Shown here one piece after another: positions 28,530-37,249 of a stretch of 64,000 bases of DNA. Position 1 is the first letter of the stretch. Each line of letters begins with the position of its first letter. Source of the DNA: an uncultured bacterium (GTDB taxonomy: Bacteria > Verrucomicrobiota > Verrucomicrobiia > Verrucomicrobiales > DEV007); NCBI GenBank assembly GCA_963977015.1, contig CAXBMO010000004.1:1-64000 (forward strand), in the 5' to 3' direction. The position numbers and the translations under genes are program-made. The notes under the pieces are model-generated. The model was given only the letters and a program-made list of their open reading frames with translations. It was not told the origin of the DNA and ran no database searches.

Positions 28530-29212
28530 GTAAGATTCAACTTCCGGCAGTCGATGTCGGTCGCGTAAACGTAGGTCGTGAATTCGTAGGGCACTACCCC
28601 TTCGCGGATGCAGTAGTCGTGGCGTAGACTAACTTTCGGGCTCAACTCCTCCTTGCAAAACTGAAACACCTTGGTTGGATCGACATAAAATAGGTGATCG
28701 TCAAGGTAATCGACATAACGCGTCAGATTGTTGAAGGCCAGCGCCACTCGAGATTTAGCGAACAGCGTCCTTAGCACCGCAGTCATCCAGCCCCAGTTGT
28801 CGCCCGTCAAATCGTTAAACGTACCGCTGATCAGAACGTAGTCGAACTCTTCATCCACCCCTTGGGAGAGAATGTCACGCACTTCAAATCGCGCCTTTTC
28901 GCCCCCAAATTTTTCTTGCGCTGCTTCAATCATTACCGGCGAGATATCGTAGCCGACGTAGCTTCCTGCAAAGTCGAATTCCCGCTTCAGAAAGGTCAGC
29001 ATATGGCCGGTGGCGCAGCCGAAATCGAGTACCTTAGCATCGCGTAGATCAGCAACTTCGCATACAAAACGCATCCGGCGTTCTTGGCTATCCAAATCGC
29101 TGTGTTCGGCACATTCCGGTCTATCGCCGTATTTGCGATAACGTTCGGAAAACATTTCAGCGACCTTGGAAATCGAGTCGCTGAATTCGTGTTTGGAATC
29201 GTTGGTGTTCAT
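28526..29212 (-). CDS. Class I SAM methyltransferase
   Basis: VLDFGCATG, GYDISPVMIEAA, FDYVLISGTFN, LRHDY...EFT. Confidence 0.85.
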   Translation of the reverse strand: MNTNDSKHEFSDSISKVAEMFSERYRKYGDRPECAEHSDLDSQERRMRFVCEVADLRDAKVLDFGCATGHMLTFLKREFDFAGSYVGYDISPVMIEAAQEKFGGEKARFEVRDILSQGVDEEFDYVLISGTFNDLTGDNWGWMTAVLRTLFAKSRVALAFNNLTRYVDYLDDHLFYVDPTKVFQFCKEELSPKVSLRHDYCIREGVVPYEFTTYVYATDIDCRKLNLT

Positions 29213-29213
29213 G

Positions 29214-30281
29214 TTATCCCCAAAATGCCGCGACGTGGCGAGCCGCGCGCTCTACCGTTTCAGTATCTACCGTTTCATCGACCCAAAGGTTGATGACGCT
29301 ATTTTCAAACCGGGTTGCGACTGGAAGTGAATCTGTATCGTGGCCAAAATCCATTGCCAAGCTCGGATACCAATTGCTGGCATGAAAATTCGCCTCTCTC
29401 AGTGACTCGGTGAGCCGCTGACAATCTTCGATTCTTTCTGTCAAATAGGTGAATCGCCAAGGTACGGAGCCAATCCTGCTATCAGGTAGCCTCACAGGTA
29501 GATTCGCGAAAGCCTCTGCATAAATCGCGGCTTTGACTCGTCGGCCGGCAATGGCATCTTCTAATCGATTCAGTTTGGCGAGCACATTGCTGAAAAAGCC
29601 GTGCTCAAAATTGGCGGAATGGATAAATGTATCTGCAAAAGGCTCGACCAAGGCTCCCGCAAGGGACCGAGTAACAGGATATTTCCGATAAAGTTTGCGG
29701 ATCTGATAGTAGGTTACGCGGTAGGCTTCATCTAGATCGCGCTTGAGCGGCAAGTCCCGCGAGACGCGTTCGACTTCTCCAATCAAATCCTTGTCGTTTG
29801 AGTGGAGCGCGCCTCCATAACCACAATCCACCGGTTTGGTGTGTCCGAAGCTGACCAAAACAGCGTTGCCTCGAGCATCAAAGTCGGCATCACCGAAAAT
29901 CTGGCAAACATCTTCAAGCAGAAACGCGCGGTTTTCATCGCACCACTCTCGAATTGAGCCCGTTTCCAAACGGTGCCCGAAACTGTGGATTGCGATTACC
30001 ACGGAAATAGGTCGATCGGTGGAAAGCGCTTCCAAACTCTCCCGGGTGATGTTGAAATCAGCCAAATTCACGTCGCAAAAAACTGGCACGTAGCCTGCCA
30101 GAAAAACAGGGTAGGCGACCGCAGGGCAAGTGATTGCGGGAATTGCCACCGCCGTTCCTGGCCGGGCCAAGGCGACCAACAACAAGTAAATCGCAGTTGC
30201 CGCTCGACTAGTGAACACACCCGATGAGCGGCCGAATCGCTTATTCAGCAAGTCTAGAAGTTGATGGCGCTCGGAAGACAT
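29214..30281 (-). CDS. Divergent DegT/DnrJ-like PLP-dependent enzyme
   Basis: RAATAIY, IPAITCP, PVFCDV, HSFGH, EDVCQ, SFGHTK (PLP Lys), VPWRF, INLWVD. Start taken at ATG 30281. Confidence 0.75.
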   Translation of the reverse strand: MSSERHQLLDLLNKRFGRSSGVFTSRAATAIYLLLVALARPGTAVAIPAITCPAVAYPVFLAGYVPVFCDVNLADFNITRESLEALSTDRPISVVIAIHSFGHRLETGSIREWCDENRAFLLEDVCQIFGDADFDARGNAVLVSFGHTKPVDCGYGGALHSNDKDLIGEVERVSRDLPLKRDLDEAYRVTYYQIRKLYRKYPVTRSLAGALVEPFADTFIHSANFEHGFFSNVLAKLNRLEDAIAGRRVKAAIYAEAFANLPVRLPDSRIGSVPWRFTYLTERIEDCQRLTESLREANFHASNWYPSLAMDFGHDTDSLPVATRFENSVINLWVDETVDTETVERAARHVAAFWG

Positions 30282-30295
30282 CAAGATAAATTTGA

Positions 30296-31321
30296 TCAGC
30301 TCACTAGCTGCAAGAATGGCTCTGCGACACGTTGTGGATTTCTGGCGCCAACCAACTGCCGTCCACAATCAATTTGACGTTTCAAACTCGTACAATCGGT
30401 TACATATAGTCGAAGTCGCGCTTCCAAGTCTTCATCCGTTGTTAGGCGAGACAAGCCCAGATCAAATGCTGCCCCAGCTGAGGCCAGCACCTCGGTGTCA
30501 GCCTGCTGTTCAGCGGTTTGCGCCAGCGCCGCAACGGGCAATCCGACGAAAGCGCATTCGTATTTCGTTAACCCCCCTCCACAGAGGCATGCATCGGCCC
30601 ACAGCATCGGTTCGCGCAAATCTGGACAGAATTTCAGCCGGTTCACAGTGCTGAATCCGCTTAAAACCTTCTCCAAATCCTGGTTCGCCGCTGCGGCGGT
30701 CAACACGCAGACGTGGGCCTGTGGCGAAATCCGACTCAACGCGGAAAGCAATCGTAGCGTCACTCCTTCGCGGTCGTTTCCTCCAGCTATGACCAAGAAG
30801 TTCTGTGGCTGGGGAACTCTCTTATCCTGACTCTGCCGGGCCGTCCGGACTTCCCGCAACCAACGGCGGGCGGGGAAAAACTCCGGTCCCAAAAACAGCT
30901 TGGCCGGCCCTTCAGGGTAGATGCGGGACTTTGCGCTGACCGTGAAATTAATCAATCCATCACAATCATATCGTTTGTGCTCGGCGAAATCGTCCAAGAC
31001 ACATAATGGCGATTCAACAAGCACCCTACTCACCTTCGACAGACGGTCGGCTGTTAATTGATAGGAGTCCAACATAACACCGGCGCCGGCAGCAAGGTAA
31101 TGTGGCACGGCCGCATGATTCCAACTGTTGAATTCAGGCGAAGGCAAAATGGGAATTCGGGCGCTCCGAATTAGGTCTCCAGCAAACTTCGAGTAGTTAC
31201 CCATGAAGGCAGTTTCGAACTCTAGGTCCATCAGCATTTCGGCGAACCCCAAGCAACGAACAACGTGCCCCAAGCCCGTACTGGCGTTTCCATCACACCA
31301 AAAGATCCATTTCCGCTTCAA
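30296..31321 (-). CDS. pseG: UDP-2,4-diacetamido-2,4,6-trideoxy-altropyranose hydrolase (PseG/SpsG)
   Basis: DGNASTGLGHVVRC, DSY, GGND, GGGLTKYE...GLP; follows pseF. Confidence 0.8.
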   Translation of the reverse strand: MKRKWIFWCDGNASTGLGHVVRCLGFAEMLMDLEFETAFMGNYSKFAGDLIRSARIPILPSPEFNSWNHAAVPHYLAAGAGVMLDSYQLTADRLSKVSRVLVESPLCVLDDFAEHKRYDCDGLINFTVSAKSRIYPEGPAKLFLGPEFFPARRWLREVRTARQSQDKRVPQPQNFLVIAGGNDREGVTLRLLSALSRISPQAHVCVLTAAAANQDLEKVLSGFSTVNRLKFCPDLREPMLWADACLCGGGLTKYECAFVGLPVAALAQTAEQQADTEVLASAGAAFDLGLSRLTTDEDLEARLRLYVTDCTSLKRQIDCGRQLVGARNPQRVAEPFLQLVS

Positions 31322-31324
31322 AAT

Positions 31325-32017
31325 TCAGTTCAGCCGGGTGGTATAAAGTTTCTCAGCCATTTCCCAATCCTCTGGAGTGTCTATGTCCTGCACCTCGTGT
31401 CGCGGTAATTTGATAACCGTAGTCCGCTCGCCAAAAAAACCGGGCTTCGGATTGAGCCATTTCTCAAAAAGCCCCCAATAAAACTGGCCCGCATCATGGT
31501 AAGCTTCTACCAAGTTGTTCGAAAATTTCTCGTAAGCTCCGGAAAACAGCATCTCGGTTCCTCCGGACTCCGAAAGCTTGAACGCGCGCTGAATTGGCGC
31601 CGGAAATGTCGTGGCGGCCAGCGCATAGTCCCAATCTCCCGACTCCATAAGCGCAACACCATTCTTTAGGGCAGATGGGCGAACGAACGGGGCGGTGGCT
31701 AGGATAAAACAAATCGCCTCGGGCGAATTTTTGTCGCTTTTCCGCAACCTCGCTTCGTGTCGCATGACGTCAATAAGCAAGTCCCGGTCACCACTCAGTT
31801 TTTCCTGCCTCAAAGATGGAACATCGGCCCCATAAGCATGGGCAACTTCGGCTATTTCTTCGGAATCAGTTGATACGCTGATCCGGAAAAAAATCCCAGC
31901 CTGCTGCGCGGCTTCTATCGAGTAAGCAATCATCGGCTTCCCACAGAACTCTCGGATATTCTTGCCTGGGATCCGTTTACTCCCTCCCCTTGCGGGAATT
32001 ATTGCTTCAGCTAGCAT
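31325..32017 (-). CDS. pseF: Pseudaminic acid cytidylyltransferase
   Basis: IIPARGGSKRIPGKNIREFCGKPMIAYSI, VSTD, ATAPF, YHDAGQFYW, VQDIDT.EDW. Confidence 0.92.
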   Translation of the reverse strand: MLAEAIIPARGGSKRIPGKNIREFCGKPMIAYSIEAAQQAGIFFRISVSTDSEEIAEVAHAYGADVPSLRQEKLSGDRDLLIDVMRHEARLRKSDKNSPEAICFILATAPFVRPSALKNGVALMESGDWDYALAATTFPAPIQRAFKLSESGGTEMLFSGAYEKFSNNLVEAYHDAGQFYWGLFEKWLNPKPGFFGERTTVIKLPRHEVQDIDTPEDWEMAEKLYTTRLN

Positions 32018-32024
32018 TATAAAT

Positions 32025-33257
32025 TCAGGGCAATATCATCTTAACTGTTGCAATCACCGTTCTGACGTCTCGGTCTGTCATAGCCGGGTAAAGCGGTAGA
32101 CTCAGGCAGCGTTGGTAATAGCTCTCTACATTCGGACACTTCCCAAGACAGTAGCCAAAATTCTCTCGATACCAAGGCTGCAGATGAACCGGGATGTAGT
32201 GAACTTGGGTTCCGACTCCCGCTTCTCGTAGTTTCTCCATGACTGCAGAGCGAGTCGATCCGATCGCGTTGAAGTTAATCTGAAGGACGTAGAGGTGCCA
32301 AGCGATCCGGTTTGTTGTGCTTGGCGCTTGGTGCCTGGAGCCTTGTCCAAGCCAATCGCCGAGTTTCGGCGTGGTGACATAATCCAAGTCAGCGAATGCG
32401 TCGTTGTAATGGGCAACGATTTCGGCGCGACGCTGAACGAATTGATCGAGTTTCCGAAGTTGATTGCGCCCCAAGGCGCACTGCAGGTCGGTGATGCGGT
32501 AGTTAAATCCGAGGTGCTGCATCTCGTAGACCCATGGACCGGGTTCCAGAGTCTGAAATCTCTTCGAGTCGCGAACCATCCCGTGGGTGCGGAATTCCCG
32601 GCAGAATTCCGCCAGATCGTCCCGATCCGTTGCCACCGCGCCGCCTTCAGCAGTCGTCATCGTCTTGACGGGGTGGAAACTGAATGTGGTCATGTCGACG
32701 CCGGGAAGACATCCGATGGGATACTGGATCTCGGAAGTCGTAGATCGGAGACCGGAGATCGGTTCTTGAGAATAAGCAACGGAACCCCCTAGAGAATGAG
32801 AGGCATCCTGGATGACAACGGCGCCGCGCTCCCTTGCCAACTGGGTAATCCTTGGGTAATCACAGGGTTGGCCGGCGAAATCGACGGCAACCACCGCTTT
32901 AGTATTGCCCTGCCAAGTTTCCTCCAGCGACTCGACGCTCAGGTTGTAAGAAACCGGGTCGATGTCCGCAAAGTCCGGCGTCGCGCCCAGGTAAGCCGCA
33001 CAGTTTGCGGAAGCGAGGAAAGTGTTAGCGGAAGTGATGACATGGTCGCCGGGCCCGATCCTAACCGCCGCCATCGCCATGTGCAGGGCAGCCGTTCCGG
33101 AACTTACGGCAATGACGTGTTTGGCTCCCACACGTTCGGCAAGTTCCTTTTCAAAAGCGTCGACCTCCGGTCCGGTTGTCAGGTAATCGCTCTTCAGAGC
33201 GCGGACCACTGCGACGATATCCTCATCGTCGATGGATTGGCGACCGTAGGGGATCAT
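32025..33257 (-). CDS. pseC: UDP-4-amino-4,6-dideoxy-N-acetyl-altrosamine transaminase, with two low-complexity insertions
   Basis: MIPYGRQSI, LTTGP, FSFHPVKTMTTAEGG, LGFNYRITD, QVHYIPVH, LSLPLYP. Confidence 0.93.
   Translation of the reverse strand: MIPYGRQSIDDEDIVAVVRALKSDYLTTGPEVDAFEKELAERVGAKHVIAVSSGTAALHMAMAAVRIGPGDHVITSANTFLASANCAAYLGATPDFADIDPVSYNLSVESLEETWQGNTKAVVAVDFAGQPCDYPRITQLARERGAVVIQDASHSLGGSVAYSQEPISGLRSTTSEIQYPIGCLPGVDMTTFSFHPVKTMTTAEGGAVATDRDDLAEFCREFRTHGMVRDSKRFQTLEPGPWVYEMQHLGFNYRITDLQCALGRNQLRKLDQFVQRRAEIVAHYNDAFADLDYVTTPKLGDWLGQGSRHQAPSTTNRIAWHLYVLQINFNAIGSTRSAVMEKLREAGVGTQVHYIPVHLQPWYRENFGYCLGKCPNVESYYQRCLSLPLYPAMTDRDVRTVIATVKMILP
32314..32348. repeat. Degenerate heptamer repeat inside pseC (5 units)
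   Basis: GTTGTGC TTGGCGC TTGGTGC CTGGAGC CTTGTCC. Confidence 0.7.
32719..32760. repeat. Degenerate heptamer repeat inside pseC (6 units, 42 nt, frame-preserving)
   Basis: GGATACT GGATCTC GGAAGTC GTAGATC GGAGACC GGAGATC. Confidence 0.8.
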
Positions 33258-33269
33258 GTTGTAAACTGC

Positions 33270-33333
33270 GAAACGACTTTCCGGGCCCGGTCGGCGGGAG
33301 TCTGCGCGGGAACGGGCCGGAAACCCGTTTTAC
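33270..33333. repeat. REP-like imperfect inverted pair between pseB and pseC
   Basis: Hairpin AACGGG-CCGGAAA-CCCGTT (33311-33329) followed by TTAC, with a degenerate reverse copy GAAACGACTTTCCGGGCCCGGTC at 33270-33292. Confidence 0.55.
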
Positions 33334-33409
33334 CTCCCGGTCGGATGCCACTGGCTATTGCGCCGATCGGCAGTAGGCCGAAAATCAATTGCCTGCCGAG
33401 CGCTGGGAA

Positions 33410-34447
33410 TCAGGTGAGGGAAAATCCCGGGTCCACATGCTCCTTGATCAAATTCCGAATCTGCTCGACGGAAAGCCATTCCTCGTTGGTACCCGAATTG
33501 TAGGCCAGCCCAGCCGGAACCAGTTTTGCCCCAAGGTCATTGAGATACCGGCTCATAACCCGAGTATTGCCCTGCGGAAGGATGACATAGTGCCCGTTGT
33601 GATGCACCGTGGTGGGCGCGTCCGCGGAAGAAACCATTTCTTCGTGGAGTTTCTCGCCGGGGCGAATTCCGACAATTTCCAGCTCCGCTTTCGGCGCGAT
33701 CGCTTTCGCGACGTCGGTAATCCGATACGAAGGGATTCGCGGCACGAAAATTTCCCCCCCAATACTGTCCTTCAGCGCACAAAGCACCAAGTCAACGCCC
33801 TGCTTCAGCACAATATTGAAACGCGACATTTCGGGATCCGTGATCGGCAGTTTCCCGGAATCGCGTCGGTCGAGAAAGAAGGGAATCACCGACCCCCGCG
33901 ACCCCATCACGTTACCATAGCGCACCACCGAAAGCGCTTCCACATGGCCACCGGAAAAATTGTTAGCCGCAACAAAGAGTTTGTCCGAGCACAGCTTGGT
34001 GGCGCCGTAAAGATTGATCGGCGCGCAGGCCTTGTCCGTGCTGAGGGCCACCACTCGCTTCACCCCCGCATCGATCGAAGCCTCAATCACGTTTTCAGCT
34101 CCGAGAACATTCGTTTTCACGAATTCCATCGGGTTGTATTCCGCTGCCGGAACCTGTTTCAGCGCGGCAGCATGGACCACATAGTCAATCTTCTCCATCG
34201 CCCGGCGAAGCCGATCCTTGTCTCGCACATCCCCGATAAAATAGCGCACCTGGGAGTATTCCTCGGAGCCAAAGCATTGCTGCATCTGGAATTGCTTCAG
34301 TTCGTCACGGCTGTAAATAACTAACCTACCGACCCCTGGGCAATTTGTCAGCAACGACTCAACAAAACTTTGCCCAAATGACCCCGTACCACCGGTCACC
34401 AGAACCCCCTTCCCTTCAAAAAAACTATAATCTACTTCCAAATTCAT
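33410..34447 (-). CDS. pseB: UDP-N-acetylglucosamine 4,6-dehydratase (inverting)
   Basis: VTGGTGSFG, YSRDELKQ, HAAALKQVPAAEYNP, ALSTDKA, NLYGATK, VRYGNVMGSRGSV, GIRPGEKLHE. Confidence 0.95.
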   Translation of the reverse strand: MNLEVDYSFFEGKGVLVTGGTGSFGQSFVESLLTNCPGVGRLVIYSRDELKQFQMQQCFGSEEYSQVRYFIGDVRDKDRLRRAMEKIDYVVHAAALKQVPAAEYNPMEFVKTNVLGAENVIEASIDAGVKRVVALSTDKACAPINLYGATKLCSDKLFVAANNFSGGHVEALSVVRYGNVMGSRGSVIPFFLDRRDSGKLPITDPEMSRFNIVLKQGVDLVLCALKDSIGGEIFVPRIPSYRITDVAKAIAPKAELEIVGIRPGEKLHEEMVSSADAPTTVHHNGHYVILPQGNTRVMSRYLNDLGAKLVPAGLAYNSGTNEEWLSVEQIRNLIKEHVDPGFSLT

Positions 34448-34566
34448 GACTGATTTTTCATCTCACGCTGCCGCCCTTGGTCGCATGCTGCTGTCCTGCG
34501 GCAAAACCAATCGAACTACGATTCGGGGCTGTGGTTCAACCGGGCTCAATAACTCGGGGAACGATG

Positions 34567-34582
34567 TTCAAATTAGCCTGAA
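34567..34582. promoter_or_regulatory. Candidate operator TTCA-N8-TGAA upstream of pseB
   Basis: TTCAAATTAGCCTGAA has palindromic arms; a similar site lies at 35214-35229. Confidence 0.4.
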
Positions 34583-34589
34583 GTCAGGC

Positions 34590-35171
34590 TCACCGGGTCA
34601 TTTTGAAGAAGTTGCGCACCAAAGGCAAGATGCCTCTTGCGTTGCGCTGCCACCCTGACAGCATTCGGATTCTTTCCTTCAAAAATCGCTTTTCCGATTT
34701 CTCGTCGGCTGACCCGTTAGGCAGCTTTTCGCTGAGGTCCACCAATTGTTTCAAATCTTCGTCGCGCTCCTGCACAAACGGTTCAACCCGCTCACTGAGA
34801 AAGCCAAACGTCAGCTTGCGCAGGGATGTCTCGGCAGTGTAGAGATCGTGCCGAATGCCAAATTCTTTTGAAACCTGAATGGCGTTGATATTGGCGAGAA
34901 ACTTGAGGGCGTAGCTGGCGGTGGCCTTGCTGATGCCCAGTTTGGCGGTGATGTCGGCCACGGTGATCGGTTCGGCGGAGCAGTACAGAAGTCCGTAAAT
35001 CTCTCCAACCGATTTGGGAATTGCCAGAAGCTTGGTGATATGAACGAACACTTCGATGATTTTCACCTCGATTTCGGTCAACGATTGACGACCTTGCACC
35101 GCTTCCTCTTCAGAAGGATTGCAAACTTGATCGTCTATGGTTTCCGGGCTGGACATCTGGTCCGTCTGCAT
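34590..35171 (-). CDS. GbsR/MarR family transcriptional regulator
   Basis: LLAIPKSVGEIYGLLYCSAEPITVADITAKLGISKATASYALKFL winged HTH, R.DLYTAET. Confidence 0.85.
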   Translation of the reverse strand: MQTDQMSSPETIDDQVCNPSEEEAVQGRQSLTEIEVKIIEVFVHITKLLAIPKSVGEIYGLLYCSAEPITVADITAKLGISKATASYALKFLANINAIQVSKEFGIRHDLYTAETSLRKLTFGFLSERVEPFVQERDEDLKQLVDLSEKLPNGSADEKSEKRFLKERIRMLSGWQRNARGILPLVRNFFKMTR

Positions 35172-35197
35172 AAGCTAGAGCGCGGGTCGATGTCAAA

Positions 35198-37246
35198 ATG
35201 AAATTGATTTCAGTTCAAAAAAAATTTAACTGGGCGAGATCCGTGCTGAATCAGCAGGATCTCACCATAATCTCCATAGCGGCTGTGCTGAGTAGCTTCT
35301 GGATGGTTCACCTCGCGGAACGATGGGGCCCGGAGGCCTGGATGGATTGGGGTCTGCACACCCACGTCGTCGTGCCCGCAGATGGTTTTGCCCAGCTCTA
35401 TTACGACGATGGGTCGGGGGTGACAGAGGAGCGTTCTGTCATTCTCCCCGTCCAGAAAGGTGCCAATCGCCTCTTTTTTCCCCTACCAGAAACCGAAGCG
35501 ACGACCATCGCCGGGTTGCGCCTGGATCCACTGAACGGTGTCGGACAGATCCAGTTGGCCAAGGTTCGCCTGACGGGACCTTTCGGATGGGAACTGGATC
35601 GCGTTTCTGAATTGCGCTTGAAAGCGGGCAAGGGCGTGGACGCTCTGACCGAGAACAAATCCGGTGGATATCAATTTTTGGCAACAACCACCGACCCCTC
35701 GATCAAGCTATCCTGGAAATCGGATCCCGTGACCACGCCTTGGGGCCAACTCAAGCTGGCGGGCTGGCTGCTCTTTGCGTCCTGGCTGGTGCCGATGTTT
35801 GCGGCAATGGCAGCGCTGAAACTTTGGCCAAACGCCCTTCGACGAGTTTGGCAGTGCCTGGGAATCGCGTGGTTGATCTGGCTCTTGGCACACTACCTGG
35901 CACCGGTCAGACGAATCGAGGCTTGGGTGTTTTTCCAACTCCTTCTCGCGCCGGGGCTGATTTTGCTGGCGCTGAAACCGCAGGAAACCTGGCGTGAAGT
36001 CCGGGAAATCGCGCGAAATCCAGCGGCGTGGGCGTTTGCCGCGTTTCTCGGCTTTTTTGGGCTGTTGGCCTTGGGCATTCCGAACGGCGGGATGCCGCCG
36101 CGCCCGGAAGTGCTCTGCTCCATCGGAGCTTTGGCGATTTGGCCGCTTTTGTTCGGAGTGATGGGCAAACGGTTCGAGATTTCGGCGCGTTGGCTGCTTT
36201 GGGGCTGGATTGCGATTGTGGCGCTGGTTGCGACCTACTGCCTTTTCCGGGTGTATGGACAGGCTTCATCATTCGAAAGCCGCCTGTCGATCCGCAACTT
36301 CAGCATGATCCCCTTGTATCGCCCCATCAGTGGCACGGCCTGCTTCATGGTGGCGTTGATCTTGCTCGTCCAATCAACAACGTGGAAGCGCCCACTGACC
36401 CGCCATTGGTGGATCGTCCTGATCGTCGCGCTCCCTCTCGTCGCCTATCTGTTTCTTTCCCAGAGCCGTTCGATCATTCTGGGAATGCTGGGCGCCAGCG
36501 TGTTTCTTTCTCTGGCACGAAACGCCTGGATCCCACGGATCTTTGCCGGCAGCCTCCTGATTCTGTTCCTGTGGTTCACGATCGGGAACGCGACGGGATT
36601 TCTCGATCAGATTTCCGGCAAAGCGGCTGCGCAAGCTTCCCGTCAGGCAACCGCCGCCATCGAACAACCGACAATCGAGGCGATCGCTGCGGAACCTTCA
36701 ACGGACGGCACCAAACCGGAAACGACTTCGCCCGAAACCGAGGATGAAACCGGGATTGCAGAGCGATCCGGCGGAGGTCGACTCACCATCTGGCGCGCGT
36801 ATCTGTCCAAAATTCGCGAACGACCGATCCTGGGCCATGGCTTTGGCGGAGAGCAAAAGATTTACATCGAGCTGCGCGAATCGATGTATGATCCTCAAGA
36901 CAGGCACCTCGCCAAAGGCACCCGCAGTTGCCACAACATCTACGTCTCCAGTCTCTACTTCGGCGGAATCATCGGGCTCCTGCTCATGTTCGGGATGATC
37001 GGGACGGCTTGGGGATGGCCGCTCTGGTTGTGGTGGAAGACGAAGGACAACCGCCTCCTCCTCGCCACGTCCTGGGTGACGATGGCGGGAATCGCGCTGT
37101 TTTTTGAGTCGACCCTCCTGGCTCACGAAAAGGAGGCGGTGCTGCTTTGGCGACCAAACGATTATTGGATCTTCTTTTGGGGAGCGATTGTCTTCTCGAT
37201 CGTTCAAACCACCTATTTGCGGCCTGAAAAGACCTCCAACATCTAA
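35198..37246 (+). CDS. O-antigen ligase / oligosaccharyltransferase-like (WaaL/Wzy_C) membrane protein with N-terminal extracytoplasmic domain; true start may be GTG 35243
   Basis: Many TM helices; LSQSRS, GRLTIW, RPILGHGFG, HNIY..LYFGGIIG; N-terminal QLYYD.G.G..E..S and LRLDP domain. Confidence 0.8.
   Translation: MKLISVQKKFNWARSVLNQQDLTIISIAAVLSSFWMVHLAERWGPEAWMDWGLHTHVVVPADGFAQLYYDDGSGVTEERSVILPVQKGANRLFFPLPETEATTIAGLRLDPLNGVGQIQLAKVRLTGPFGWELDRVSELRLKAGKGVDALTENKSGGYQFLATTTDPSIKLSWKSDPVTTPWGQLKLAGWLLFASWLVPMFAAMAALKLWPNALRRVWQCLGIAWLIWLLAHYLAPVRRIEAWVFFQLLLAPGLILLALKPQETWREVREIARNPAAWAFAAFLGFFGLLALGIPNGGMPPRPEVLCSIGALAIWPLLFGVMGKRFEISARWLLWGWIAIVALVATYCLFRVYGQASSFESRLSIRNFSMIPLYRPISGTACFMVALILLVQSTTWKRPLTRHWWIVLIVALPLVAYLFLSQSRSIILGMLGASVFLSLARNAWIPRIFAGSLLILFLWFTIGNATGFLDQISGKAAAQASRQATAAIEQPTIEAIAAEPSTDGTKPETTSPETEDETGIAERSGGGRLTIWRAYLSKIRERPILGHGFGGEQKIYIELRESMYDPQDRHLAKGTRSCHNIYVSSLYFGGIIGLLLMFGMIGTAWGWPLWLWWKTKDNRLLLATSWVTMAGIALFFESTLLAHEKEAVLLWRPNDYWIFFWGAIVFSIVQTTYLRPEKTSNI
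35214..35229. promoter_or_regulatory. Candidate operator TTCA-N8-TTAA in the regulator/waaL divergent region
   Basis: CAG-TTCAAAAAAAATTTAA-CTG imperfect palindrome, about 43 bp upstream of the regulator start. Confidence 0.4.
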
Positions 37247-37249
37247 CAA

